A DNA stretch of 64,000 nt from the human T2T-CHM13v2.0 reference genome, Homo sapiens. Position 1 is the stretch's first letter; every line of letters starts with the position of its first letter. The notes beneath the pieces are model-generated. The model made no database searches. It saw only the letters and a list, made by a program, of their open reading frames with translations, and was not told where the DNA came from. The DNA lies in NCBI RefSeq assembly GCF_009914755.1, contig NC_060927.1. One strand, written 5' to 3'. This document shows, one piece after another, positions 45,625 to 57,524 of this stretch. Position numbers and translations under genes: made by a program.

Positions 45625-48600
45625 TAAAATAGAAATTTGTTTTTATTTCTGGACCTCTGTCGCTGAAGAGATGAATGGTCTTGTTTTCTTACTTTTGAAA
45701 ATCGGTCCTTAGTGTTTTAATGAAAAGGGCGTTTGCGGGTGCTTTTCCTTAGTTGCTTGATGCTCCCTGTGCTCTCAGCACAAATGCACTTTCTACTGTC
45801 ACAGGGAGACTATTTTGCACTAAACCTTTGTAGAAATTCAAGTGTCAATTGTGAAATTGAGCATTTTCAATAGAAGGGTAATAGGATTTTAGAGATAGAC
45901 AGGGATTCTGGGAGATCATCTCATCAAATGCTATTTTCAAAGGAGGAAACTAAGGTCTGTGAAGATTACACATCTTCACCTAACTTCCTCAGCCCAAGCC
46001 TGACCCAGCCTCAAGTCACCCGACTCCTAATTCCCACTTTTAATGACCTGTGCCCCCACTTCAGTGCTTCAACAGATGCCACCTTTTTAAATTGTTTTTT
46101 TTTTCTTTTAAAAATGAATGGGTGTTCCCCAAATTTAATTTGGAGTACAGATCCAGTTTCATAATTTAAGAGCTTCCAAAACTGGAAGTAGATTCTAATT
46201 TTTATCATTTGATAGAAAAGATTTCATTTTGTTGATTTTTTTCTTTTTTTAAACCTATGTTGTCAGAACAATTATAAAATTGCTTTCTTCCTTTTAAACT
46301 TCAGCTCATCACTGTGTATATTTCTAGCAACAGAACAGTGCTCTCCCTGGATGATAGAAAGCTAGCGGAGAGAAGATCTCTGTGTGGCTCACCCCACAAG
46401 TGAAGACAGATTTTGTTCTATCTAAAGAGTACCCTCCAAAAGGAGAAATAACAAAACCAAGAAAAGGCTAGTAGGAAAGTATTTGTGGGGTTCAGAAGCA
46501 GCCCATAAAATAGTCTAGATTAAGATGCCTGGCGTAGTTAGAATATGTGTGAGAACTTCTTATTCCGACTTGTATGCCACTTACTTGTACTTAGAATTTA
46601 AAAGGCTTGCTGATTTGTAGTGTTTTTGAGTGTTCCCTGGTGAGAGCAAGAAATAGAAAAATGAATATAAGGACAGGGAAATACATTTGGATTTTTATTT
46701 GTGTATTTCCCCAGTTAAATTTGTAGGGCTGAACTGTCCTTAATTATTTGTTTCATATCCAGGATAGTTGTAATAATAATCATTCTCCTTCACTTACCAA
46801 GTCTCTCTTAAAATCTGCAAGAGCTCTCCTTGTTTCTCAGATGGTCTTGCTTCTTTTTGTTGTCTGTGTGTTTGTTTTGTCTTAGTTTTGGCTACTACTT
46901 CCCTTTTGTGAATAATTATCTTCCTGTCTTCTGAAAATGGAAGATAAAAAAATAATAAAATAAAAAGTAATTGTTGCCCTTTATATATATCTGTTAAATA
47001 ATTATGTCAAGCATGTTCTCCACTGATCCTTATCACTTGTCTTTATCTGTTCTCATTTATGCATATACTTAATCTAATTTTTTCTCTCCACTGACCGATT
47101 TTTCAATATTTGCATCATTTTATGTTATTTTCATTTTTTTCCTACTCTTGGGGTATATTTCCCGTAAAGTGTAGGTAGTTCAAAAGATGATGTTTAGGCT
47201 AGGAAAAGCCCAGGTGGTAGGAATGATCCCAACCAGTGTTTTGTTCAGCCCCAGGTTGATAGTTTTTTAAAAGGTACTTGTAAACCCATTTTTTTGCTTC
47301 CTCTAACCAATATGAGGTTGTATTAAAGCCAAACTTACTGAAAGCTAAAGTTACCAACTTTCTTAGTCTGACTTTGTGTATCAGATTTTCCAATTATTGC
47401 CACTTGTATCTGTACATTTTACTGATGCCTCTGTATCTCCACCCAAACATTTCATATGTATGTGTAATCAAATAACCTCTTTGGCTTATCCATCATCAGC
47501 AATATCACATTAATCATTTTTTTTCTTTTTTTTCTTCCATTTCTCAGAGTCTCTTCTTAGTATTTATGGTTCATGAAAGTGACTGTGCATCTTTCTTCCT
47601 TGGGATATTAGCATAGTAGACCCAAACAAAAAGCTTCAATTTTTATGGATTCCAAGAAGCAGTGCATTAGTCTGCAGCTGATTTCTGCAAATTCATCAAT
47701 TCAAGAGGGTTTTATTGCCCATGTCTGAGATGATTGATCCCTTCAAAACTCTGCCGTATAGAAATAAATGTCTTAGTTATTCACAGAGTTAGTTTTTTGT
47801 TTTTGTTTTACAAAGTATTACAAAAAGCTTCTATCAGGAAAGTGTGTGGGGTTGGGCTTTTCCAGGTGCAGAGGCAGGTGATTCTCCATTTGCCACAGGT
47901 TGCTGGAGCTGCTTTTCAGGATGCTTGGGAAAGGGCAGAAACCCTCTGCAGCCTCCCAGCCAGGCCTGCAGACAGCGGATGGTCTGTCTGTGCCTCCCTG
48001 GGCATACCCCAGCTGATTGGGTCATGCTGTTGCCCCTCAGCAGCACACACCCCTTGCTTCCTCCTCTGAGATCTCCCCACTGTGGTCCTCAGCCTGCCTG
48101 TTTCGCCTTTCTCTCCTGTGCAGGTTACCAATTCAAAGTCCCTAAGAAAGTGGCTCATCTAGCACAGGGTGCCTCTGGTGGCCAGGACCCCCTGCCAGGC
48201 CCACTCTTGTACTGTTTGTTGTTGGAGAGATGAGGGCAGGCACTCCCTAGCCACCCAGCTGTGCCAGTGTTGGCCTGCTCACACGTGGGTTGTAGGCGTG
48301 CCTGGAACAAAACAATTGGTAAGTCCTGGCAGCTCCTAAATGAATGTAACTGGATTCTGCTTCCTTCTTGGTTTGCCATATATGGAGAGAACTTTGCTTT
48401 CTGAAAAATTTTAAAGGGAATGAGGTAATTTCCTCATAATTCCTAAGATCTCCGGCAGTGTTGTAAATTTAGATTTGAGGTTAGAGTACTAAAAAATAAA
48501 AACAAAAGCAGAAAAGCTGCTGTGCTCTGAAATGCCAGGGTGTTTTTAATGTCAAGTCCAGCAGCATAATAGCTTTTACCTCTTTTCCCCACCTAAAGAA

Positions 48601-48903
48601 AGAGTAGTGTTAAACTTATTTCCAAAATAAAAGGAGTCTGAACCTCTAGGAAACTGGTACAGTATCATCTTAGAAAAGAACCTAAATGCTAATCTACACT
48701 CATAAAAATAACATGTTTTCAAATAGTTTCAGAACCAATTCAGTCTCCTGTTTTTCTCTTCATGATACCAGTAGCTAAAAATTACCCTACTTAATGAAAA
48801 TTGCAGACAATTTTTTTTCTTTATGCAGTCTTACATAATTTTTGGTCCATTTTGACCTAGTCTGACATTTTATTTTGAACAACTACATCTTAAGTGTTCT
48901 GTC

Positions 48904-48995
48904 TTTTTTTTTTTTTTTTTTTTTTGGAAGATTTATTGTGAAGAGCGAAAGAACAAAGCTTCAACAGTGTGGAAGGGGACCTGAATGGGTTGCCC
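48904..48995 (-). mobile_element. Polyadenylated ~70-nt LTR12 (HERV9) R-region fragment, apparently L1-retrotransposed
   Basis: The minus strand reads gggcaacccattcaggtccccttccacactgttgaagctttgttctttcgctcttcacAATAAAtcttcc followed by A22. TSD agtgttctgtc (48893-48903) / agtgctctgtc (48996-49006). Confidence 0.85.
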
Positions 48996-50560
48996 AGTGC
49001 TCTGTCCTTTTTGTTTCCACTCTAAAATTGGTTCGGCAAGGAGTAAGAGAGTAGACCACTGGCATTTTATTTTTGAACACTCGAATTGTATAACCAGTAA
49101 TCTGTTAGAGTTGTTATCCATCTTACAGTGACCCCATCATCTGACCCAAATAGCGTTTAAAATAAGAGCTCGTTCTAGAAGAACAACTTTAGGCAGCAGT
49201 AACTTTAAAACATTTTGAATACCTGCTCTACTGTGGTATAGTGATCTAAATATTAGATTTATTTTTCTTGTGTCTCATATAGAAACTCTAAACAAAGCAG
49301 ATGAACAGTTGTGTCTGTACTAACACGTGACTAAAACCTCTATAGAGTTCCAGTGTGCTGAAAGCCAAATTAAAGTTCTCTTTTTTTAGTAAACAATCAC
49401 ACTGGGAATGAGAATATTAGAGCTAAGAGGGAGGCCAGAGCAAGGGTGGTAAACGCGGATGCTTCCAGAGGTCACATAGATAACCCACTGGAGCAGTGGG
49501 CCCAGTGGGAGAGGACCATGGTGTCCTGGAAGGTATGTCCCAGGGGTAAAGGGGCAGCTGCTGTCACTTGCCGCCTGACTTCGTGCCATGCCAGAACATG
49601 ATGTCAGTGTTCTGATGTGTCAGGAGAAGCCCAAGATCCAAGCCTGAGATGTTATGAGAACTATCTTGACTATTACATATTGGCAAACAACTTTAAACAT
49701 ACATATACATTTGTGAGACTAACAAATATCTGCTGTCCAGAATACTGCCCCTAGGCTACCAGTTACCCATCTTGCTCCTAATCCAACCTCCTCACTTTTC
49801 ATATGAGAAAACTGAGATCCAAAGAGGCTAAATGTCTTACCTGAAATGAGGATAAGTTGGGGCAAGGTGGGACCATTTGCCAAGAGGTCTGGTGAGATTG
49901 TAGAAGTAAGAAATCTTAAGGAGGAAAACCCATGAAGGAGTGTTGCTCTTATTTATTGACACCAGAGTAGCTTTTTTTTTCTCCTTTCAATGCTTAAAAT
50001 AATGAGAAATAATAACATCCAAAGGAAAAAAACAAGACCCACTACACACCTCTATTTCACTTAATTTTTATACACATCCCATTACTTAGCATTTACTTTT
50101 CTCTTTCATCTTCAAAGCAGTTCAAAAATTGATTTGTTATTTGTAGTCAGGGAACTGTGTCATGATTTATTTTTTATTATTTATTAATAATAAAAAGGGA
50201 AGAACTCCTTAAGAACAGAGTATCTGAAATATAAACACACACACATATGTGGCCTCAGCTGTTTCATCTGCTAGAAATTCATCTGAGACCACTTAATTCC
50301 AAGGTGTGGTGGTGAGTCTTTATAAAACTTCTTGTTATACAGAATCTAATGAAACTTCAATATTGCTCAGTCATATTGAGACTTTATTTAATTTTAGCTG
50401 TCGTACATAATACAGTGGAGGACCTGTTGAAAATATAAAGGTTGGGACTCTTTTTTCCTCTTTGGAACTATTGGCTCTAAGTACAAAGTTAACATAGATT
50501 CCAAATAAACTAAACAATTTTAGGAGGTTTATTCACTTTTATTTAGAAAAACAGGAAACA

Positions 50561-50864
50561 TTTTTTTTTTTTTTGAGATAGAGTCTCGCTCTGTCACCCA
50601 GGCTGGAGTGCAGTGGCGTGATCTTGGCTCACTGCACCCGCCTCCCGGGTTCAGGCCACTCTCCTAACTCAGCCTCCTGAGTAGCTGGGACTACAGGCGC
50701 CCGCCAGCGCGCCTGCCAGCACGCCCAGCTAATTTTTTGTATTTTTAGTAGAGACGGGGTTTCACCATGTTAGCCAGGATGGTCTCTATCTCCTGACCTC
50801 ATGATCCACCTGCCTCGGCCTCCCAAAGTGCTGGGATTACAGGCGTGAGCCACCGCGCCCGGCT
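50561..50864 (-). mobile_element. AluY with a small internal tandem duplication (gcccgccagcgc gcctgccagcac)
   Basis: ttagccaggatggtct diagnostic; TSD aggaaacattttt. Confidence 0.95.
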
Positions 50865-50894
50865 AGGAAACATTTTTTATATTAGTTTTTTTTT

Positions 50895-51095
50895 AAAAAA
50901 CTTATTTTGGAATAATTTTAGATTTGCAAATAAATTACAAAGATAGTACACAGAGTTCTCAAATATCCTTCAGCAGCTTCCCCTTATGTTAATATCTTAT
51001 ATGTCTAGGATACATTTTTCAAGCTATTCATTTTTCAAGAAATGAACATTTACCCAATACTATCACCTAACCTACAAACTTTATTGAGATTTATA
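50895..51095 (-). mobile_element. L1MC-like 3' terminal fragment
   Basis: ttattttggaataattttagatt...agtacacagagttctc...cagcttccccttatgttaatatctta. Confidence 0.7.
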
Positions 51096-51957
51096 TTGGC
51101 CTTTGAAATTAAAAAGGGTATACTAAAACTATTCGACAACTGTAATAAGTAATATATCCTCACAGGCTGTGACTTGAGGAGGGAGGGGAGAGTTAGGTTC
51201 CTCCACATTCTACACTGCCCCTCCATAAAGCCATCCCAAACAGGCATGAAATTTAAGTAAACATGGTGCTAATATATTTGCTATGTAAATGCTTTTGAAG
51301 ACAAGTCTCTAGCCTCCTCTTCCAATCAGGTTGCCTTGCCTCTATCCCTCCTCGGTGGAACTCTGGTGCTGTCTCTGGAGAAGACAGATGGAGTGAAGGG
51401 GCAGATAAAGAGAGAAATATGTGCACACACGGCCTGTGGAGGGTGAATCTCCAGTGAGGGGGCTGTTTTGTGAGTTCTTAAGTGTAGAAATAAACTTGCC
51501 CACAGTCTGCTTTCCATCTGGGCTGTGGACAGCCACAAGTTCTCACTTGTTATTTGCTCTCTGATATCCAGATTTTTTATTGTTTTAAAGTAGGAAACAA
51601 CTTTTCAGCTTGGTAGTTTACTTCTTTAAAGTTAAGTTTCTGGTGGAATTGTGAAGGCTCTATGAATGTCCAGTGGAAGTCCTGGGAGAGGGTACATTAT
51701 AGGCAACTCACAGAGGTGTAAGCAACCTGTGGAACAAATGCCACTCAGGATGTGAAAGGACTGGGGTTAAGTCATGAGGAACAGATTAGAAATGGCATAG
51801 AAAAGGGTTTGGGACTCTTGCAGGAGTGGAAAAGGGAAGGGAGATTGGCACATCAGGATGTTCAATATTTGTTGACTGATTGAATGGTCAGAATTTCAAA
51901 AACTAAACCACTAATGGGCACCAGGCATAGTTTTGTTGCCAATAGAAGGATGTCCCC

Positions 51958-52253
51958 GGCCAGGTGCAGTGGCTCACGCCTGTAATCCCAGCACTTTGGG
52001 AGGCCTGAGTGGGCAGATCACCTTGAGGTCAGGAGTTGGAGACCAGCCTGGCCAACATGGTGAAACCCTGTCTCTACCAAAAAAAAAAAAAAAAGTTAGC
52101 TGGTCATGGTGGCACACACCTGTAATCCCAGCTATTTGAGAGGCTAAGGCAGGAGAATCACTTGAACTCAGGAGGCAGAGGTTGCAGTGAGCCAAGATCG
52201 CACCATGGCACTGCAGTCCATGAGACTCCATGGACTCCATCTCAAAAAAAAAA
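51958..52253 (+). mobile_element. Alu (AluS-type) with an aberrant 3' end
   Basis: TSD agaaggatgtcccc on both sides. Confidence 0.95.
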
Positions 52254-52544
52254 GAAGGATGTCCCCATGACTCAGTGAATTCTCATAGAGCATCTGGTTT
52301 TGCCAACAGGATCGGTAATTTCCTTTTGTTTAATTTTTTTTTAACTAATTATGTGTTCAATATATTGTGGATTGTGATAGCACTAACTCAACATTTCTTT
52401 CAGGAAAATTGTGTTTTCTGGACCACAGTAATTTGAATAGCTCCTTCAACTTAGATATTCTCTTGAAGTTCATTACATGCTGTGCTGGAGGATGGGACAT
52501 ATTGGAAATACCCTCCTCTATATTCTTAGGTTCTTCCTCCTATG

Positions 52545-52980
52545 ATGGATGTTCATGGGTTTTGGTACCCAGCATGAGTTACCCTTCCTAAGAGCTCCCA
52601 GCTTCCGTTTGGGGGACTACCTCTTCCGCGTCATGTGTGATTTTGGTGGAAGAGTAATTACAAGTAGCTGACTCATGTTCTGGGAACTTCAGCTCCAGTT
52701 CCTTCTCCTCCCCTGGCTCTGCTGCAGGTAGAAGAGCTCCCGGGAAATTTATGTCTAGAGCATTTGCAGCAAGGTCCTCAGGGACAGTCGGAGGCCCTCG
52801 CAGTGTTGACTGCTGCCAAACCCATGCTATGAAGGGACCATGGCTGTGACTTCTGCTTCCTGACCTTGTTTCTACTTGTTTCCAAAGTGCTGCTCCAGTG
52901 TCTGCCTCCTGTTGATTCTGTGGGTTTGTTAGCCAGCATTGGTTTTAATTGCTTGCAAGTCGGGAACCCTAATTAATAAC
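52545..52980. mobile_element. MLT1-type MaLR LTR remnant
   Basis: Ends in an MLT1-like ggttttaattgcttgcaag...ccctaattaataac; diverged. Confidence 0.5.
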
Positions 52981-53358
52981 AGTGGGCAGTCTCTTGACTT
53001 AGGACTCAAGTTCAAACCATGACAGTTGAAGACCCAGTATTAATAAATACATTTCTCTTGCCCAATCATTAAATATCGAAGGTGTAATGGACCTTAAAGC
53101 TCATCTGGCCCAAACCCCTATACTTTCCTCCAGTGGTGAGGAAATAAACACACCAAGTGAAAGAGATGTTCAAAGTGTCATAAATGTAACATGCCAAGTT
53201 GGCATCCTACATAGAGACATCAGGGTTCATTCGTCTCGGCATCTTGTCCACACACCCTCACCGTACTCCTTTACCTCTGTGACCCATAGTGTCCACTTAA
53301 TGGGATGGGATGACAGGGCAGAACCTAGGGTGGCACCAGTGACCTTGGAAAGGGTCAC

Positions 53359-53430
53359 AGCTAACTAGCCCCCATAGGGATTCGACCTGTGACTCTGGTG
53401 GTGTTAATACCAAGATTCAGACACTGAGCT
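53359..53430 (-). mobile_element. tRNA-Ile-derived SINE head (MamSINE1-like) or degenerate tRNA-Ile pseudogene
   Basis: Minus-strand agctcagtgtctgaatcttggtattaacaccaccagagtcacaggtcgaatccctatggggctagttagct aligns loosely with tRNA-Ile(AAT) AGCTCAGTTGGTTAGAGCGTGGTGCTAATAACGCCAAGGTCGCGGGTTCGATCCCC. Confidence 0.6.
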
Positions 53431-53693
53431 GAAATGTCAGCGTCTAGCTGCATCCACAGGTGTGCCTGTGTGCTCTGATGCCAGCTCAGATGCGTCCACT
53501 TGATGAGGCTGAGACTGTGCATGAGGAGGTGGTTATCAGCAGCTCCAGGAATCAGATCATCATCTCCTTATGATTATTGGGATAAAAACAACTAGTTTTA
53601 CAGCATAAATTTTATATTTTTAATGTGAATTAAAGATTGCTTTCTAACCATTCCTTATCTTATAGAAACTGTTTTTGTGAGTTCTAAGTGTAG

Positions 53694-54047
<354 letters not shown>

Positions 54048-54529
54048 AATAAGTTATATTTTTAAATTGCTTATGTGAAGCTTTTCAGCAAAGCATAGCA
54101 CACAAAATGATGTCTGCCAAGAATTTTCTTAATATATGCCATTATTTTTTCTTCATAACTTTACTCAATGAGTGAATATTGATTGAATGCCCACTATGTG
54201 TTAGGTATGGAGTACAGAGAGGAGTGGAAGTTGACAGGGAGCTGTCATGTCATGGAGCTTGTGGTCACACAGGGAAGAGTGACAGAAATCACATCAACAC
54301 ACATGGGTGCATCCCAGGAGGGTGACAATGGTGCAAGAAGTGGACAGACACACACTAAACCTGACCTAAGGAGTCACTTGTCATCCCTTCCCAGGACAGG
54401 GCTTCTCTGTGGCACAGGACCAGTAGCCTTCATACCCTTGCCACTAAAAATCTAGAAAACAGCCAGAAATTATTTTAAAAAGCAAGCATGTTCACATTGT
54501 GTGGTAATTAATAATAATAGCTATTATGT

Positions 54530-54776
54530 ATTGAATTTATATGTAGAATAGGACTGTGGTTCTCTGAGGTTACGGGCAGTCTTGCTGTGATGGGCATGAC
54601 TTGGGAGCCCTTGCCACCAGGTGGCAACACACCTGGAGAGCTCTCCTCCCTGAAGTCCTGAAATCACATCCAGCAATAGCTTCATCTGCGGCAGCATGTC
54701 CAGCAAAGAGACTCTCACTGAAAGACCAAAAAGGGAGACAAGGTTGGGTAGGAGGAAGCTGAGGGTGCTCAAGCTA
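54530..54776 (+). repeat. Local dispersed duplication, copy A (copy B at ~55367-55607)
   Basis: ~245 bp; about 23 substitutions and 2 indels by manual alignment (~89% identity). Confidence 0.95.
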
Positions 54777-55366
54777 TGGCAGAGTGCTGGGCCACCTACT
54801 TTTCATTAGATGCCCATACTGGGGCAGGTGAATACTATTCATCCCATTTTATAGACAGGGAAACTGAAGCTTATGGTGGAATCACAGAGAGAGTGCGTGT
54901 GCTTTCCACTTTCAGTTATAAACTACTATACCAAATAGCTGGAAGTTAGCCTCTGTAACCTTCATTACACAATAACACAATAGCTGTTTCTCTTTGCTAA
55001 TAGCTAGAGCCACATCTGAATATCTGTTATCTCTTGGTATGTAATACCCTCTTATGTCTATGTACTTCTATATAAGATTTTTTCATAAATGGAAACTTTT
55101 TTTTAATTTGCAAAAAAAATCATTCAAACATAAATGCATGGCTTTATGCCTTTCTTTCTGCCTTGAATGTTCCCACCACCACTCTGTGCTTACTTGTAAT
55201 TATCAAATCCATGCAATCTTAAGTCTCAGTTAGAAACTCATTCTATATATTGGCTGGAAGTGATTGTAATGATCCTCAGGTTTAGCAGAGGCTCTGAGAG
55301 GTTAAAGGATGATTCAATGTGCGCTGCTCTCTTGACATCTGATATCAAGCTAGCTGCTCCTTGTAA

Positions 55367-55607
55367 ATTGATTTATATGTAGAATATGACTATAGATCCC
55401 TAAGGTTACAGGCAGCCTTGCTGTGATGGGCATGACTTGGGAGCCCTTGCCACCTCAACACACCCAGAGAGCTCTCCTCCCAGAAGTCCTGAAATCACAT
55501 CTAGCGATAGCTTCATCTGCGGCAGCATGTCCAGCAAAGAGACTGTCACCGAAGGACCAGGAAGGGAGACAAGGTTGGGAAGGGGGAAGTTGAGGGTACA
55601 CAAGCTA
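55367..55607 (+). repeat. Local dispersed duplication, copy B (copy A at ~54530-54776)
   Basis: Shares long exact blocks with copy A, e.g. cttgctgtgatgggcatgacttgggagcccttgccacc and atagcttcatctgcggcagcatgtccagcaaagagact. Confidence 0.95.
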
Positions 55608-57199
55608 CAGGGAAATCCACTACCTTCTGCAATGTTTTTACCCATTCATTTACTTATTCACTTAATAGTCATTTATTTGCTCAGTAGCTGCACTCTGCTA
55701 GATACTTGGGAGTCAACCTAGCTAGGATTTTTTCCCAAGTGGTCTATTTATTTTGTTGAGGGAGAGGCACATCAAACAAACACCAAGGTTGGTTATTTAA
55801 CATCCAAGATAAGTGATTCAGTTGACTTTGGAGACTGACTTGGCCAGCTGCCGAGGCAGAGACAGTGCTGAGGGATTGACAGCTGAATGGAGACCTGAAG
55901 AGCTTCTGGGAGCCAGGTGAAAGGGATGGCAAGAGCTGCCCAGCCCCAGGCAAGAGGGAGTTTGGAAAGTTTCATGGAAACTGCACCAGGAGCATCCTCA
56001 CCAAAATCACTCCCTTACCTCACAAACACATCCCAGGCATCTGAGTCTGCACTTCATTTGTGGAACTTTCCACCAGTCCTAAAAGCCATCTTGCGCACAA
56101 TAAAATAATCTTGCAATTTTCCTGTAGTTGATTTGAAATATTTTTATGCTGCAAGGAGTTTAATAACAGGCACAATGCTTGAAATGTCACTTCTTATACT
56201 TGGAGAACTGGAGTGGAGTGGAGAATGGAGCCTTTTAGGGAAGTACGTGGGAAGAAGCTGTTTAAATCCAGTAATGAATTAGTGTTAAACTTCTAAGGCT
56301 CCAGGAACTTCTTGAGTATTTTGGTTTAAAGTAGTTGGCATATTTGAGGGTTTTTCTCCCAGGTCTACTGGAAGCTGTGAGCTGGGAATATAGTAAAACA
56401 GAGGTCCCAGCCTTTTTCCTGATGAGTTATTTGTGATTTACCTGAAGCTTTAGGCGCACTAACCCAAGATGAAGTAAAGGCGTTGTAATGCCAGGTGCCA
56501 ACAGAAAGTCAGGTATTCTCATGCCAGCCACATGAGCACTCCACCCCGGGGCTTCTTTCTAAAACCCTTCTGTGCTTTGCAGGCAGGTCCAAGGAGGTTA
56601 GAGAAACCCCTGCAGTCCCCCTTCCATCCCATATGTGATGATTGGATTGGGGAGTCTTGGTTAGGAGCAAAGGATAATTACCGTGTCAGAGCACGACCAA
56701 TGAATTGTAACAAGCTGAGGTAAAGTTTAATTTCCTCTTCCACCTACCGCAATGAAAAGCTGTTGAATGTCAAATATGGTTTGCACCTTTGAAGTGAAAA
56801 TGTTTTCTGCCACATGTCATCCCGTTGAGCAAGTCTACACCTGTTCATCTGGTCATGGGTTAGCAGAAAGAATGAAAGAGAGAAACTCTGTGCCTTTGAG
56901 CGAAGACATTTTTCAGTACTTATTACTCTGTTTCACTTTCCAGCTTTCACCTTCTCTGCAGTTTTTCTTTCATCTTGACACTATAAGGAATGCATGAGCC
57001 TTCCCTATGGAACATTGTAGATCTTGTTTAAATGGTAAAAACATCTCCAGCTCAGCTGACCAGTTCATTAGAATAGCTATGTGCTACACAAGAAACATGA
57101 AATATTTTGTCAGGTAGGAATCTAAGGAATCCTGGTGACGTGGGCTTTCCCGTCAGTCGTTTGCTCTTTTCCCTTAACTTAAGCCTTGTGCTGCTTTAG

Positions 57200-57524
<325 letters not shown>

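Noticed and set aside
54524-55721. Paralogous-looking ORFs (LLDMLPQMKL..., SSKETVTEG...)
   Set aside because: The similarity comes from the DNA duplication. A 5-bp indel between the copies breaks the frame, and there is no splice or start support.
56640-56730. CCAAT-like boxes followed by a donor-like GAG|gtaaag, suggesting an alternative first exon
   Set aside because: No CpG island and no recognisable SCHIP1 N-terminal peptide; the motifs are too short to support a call.
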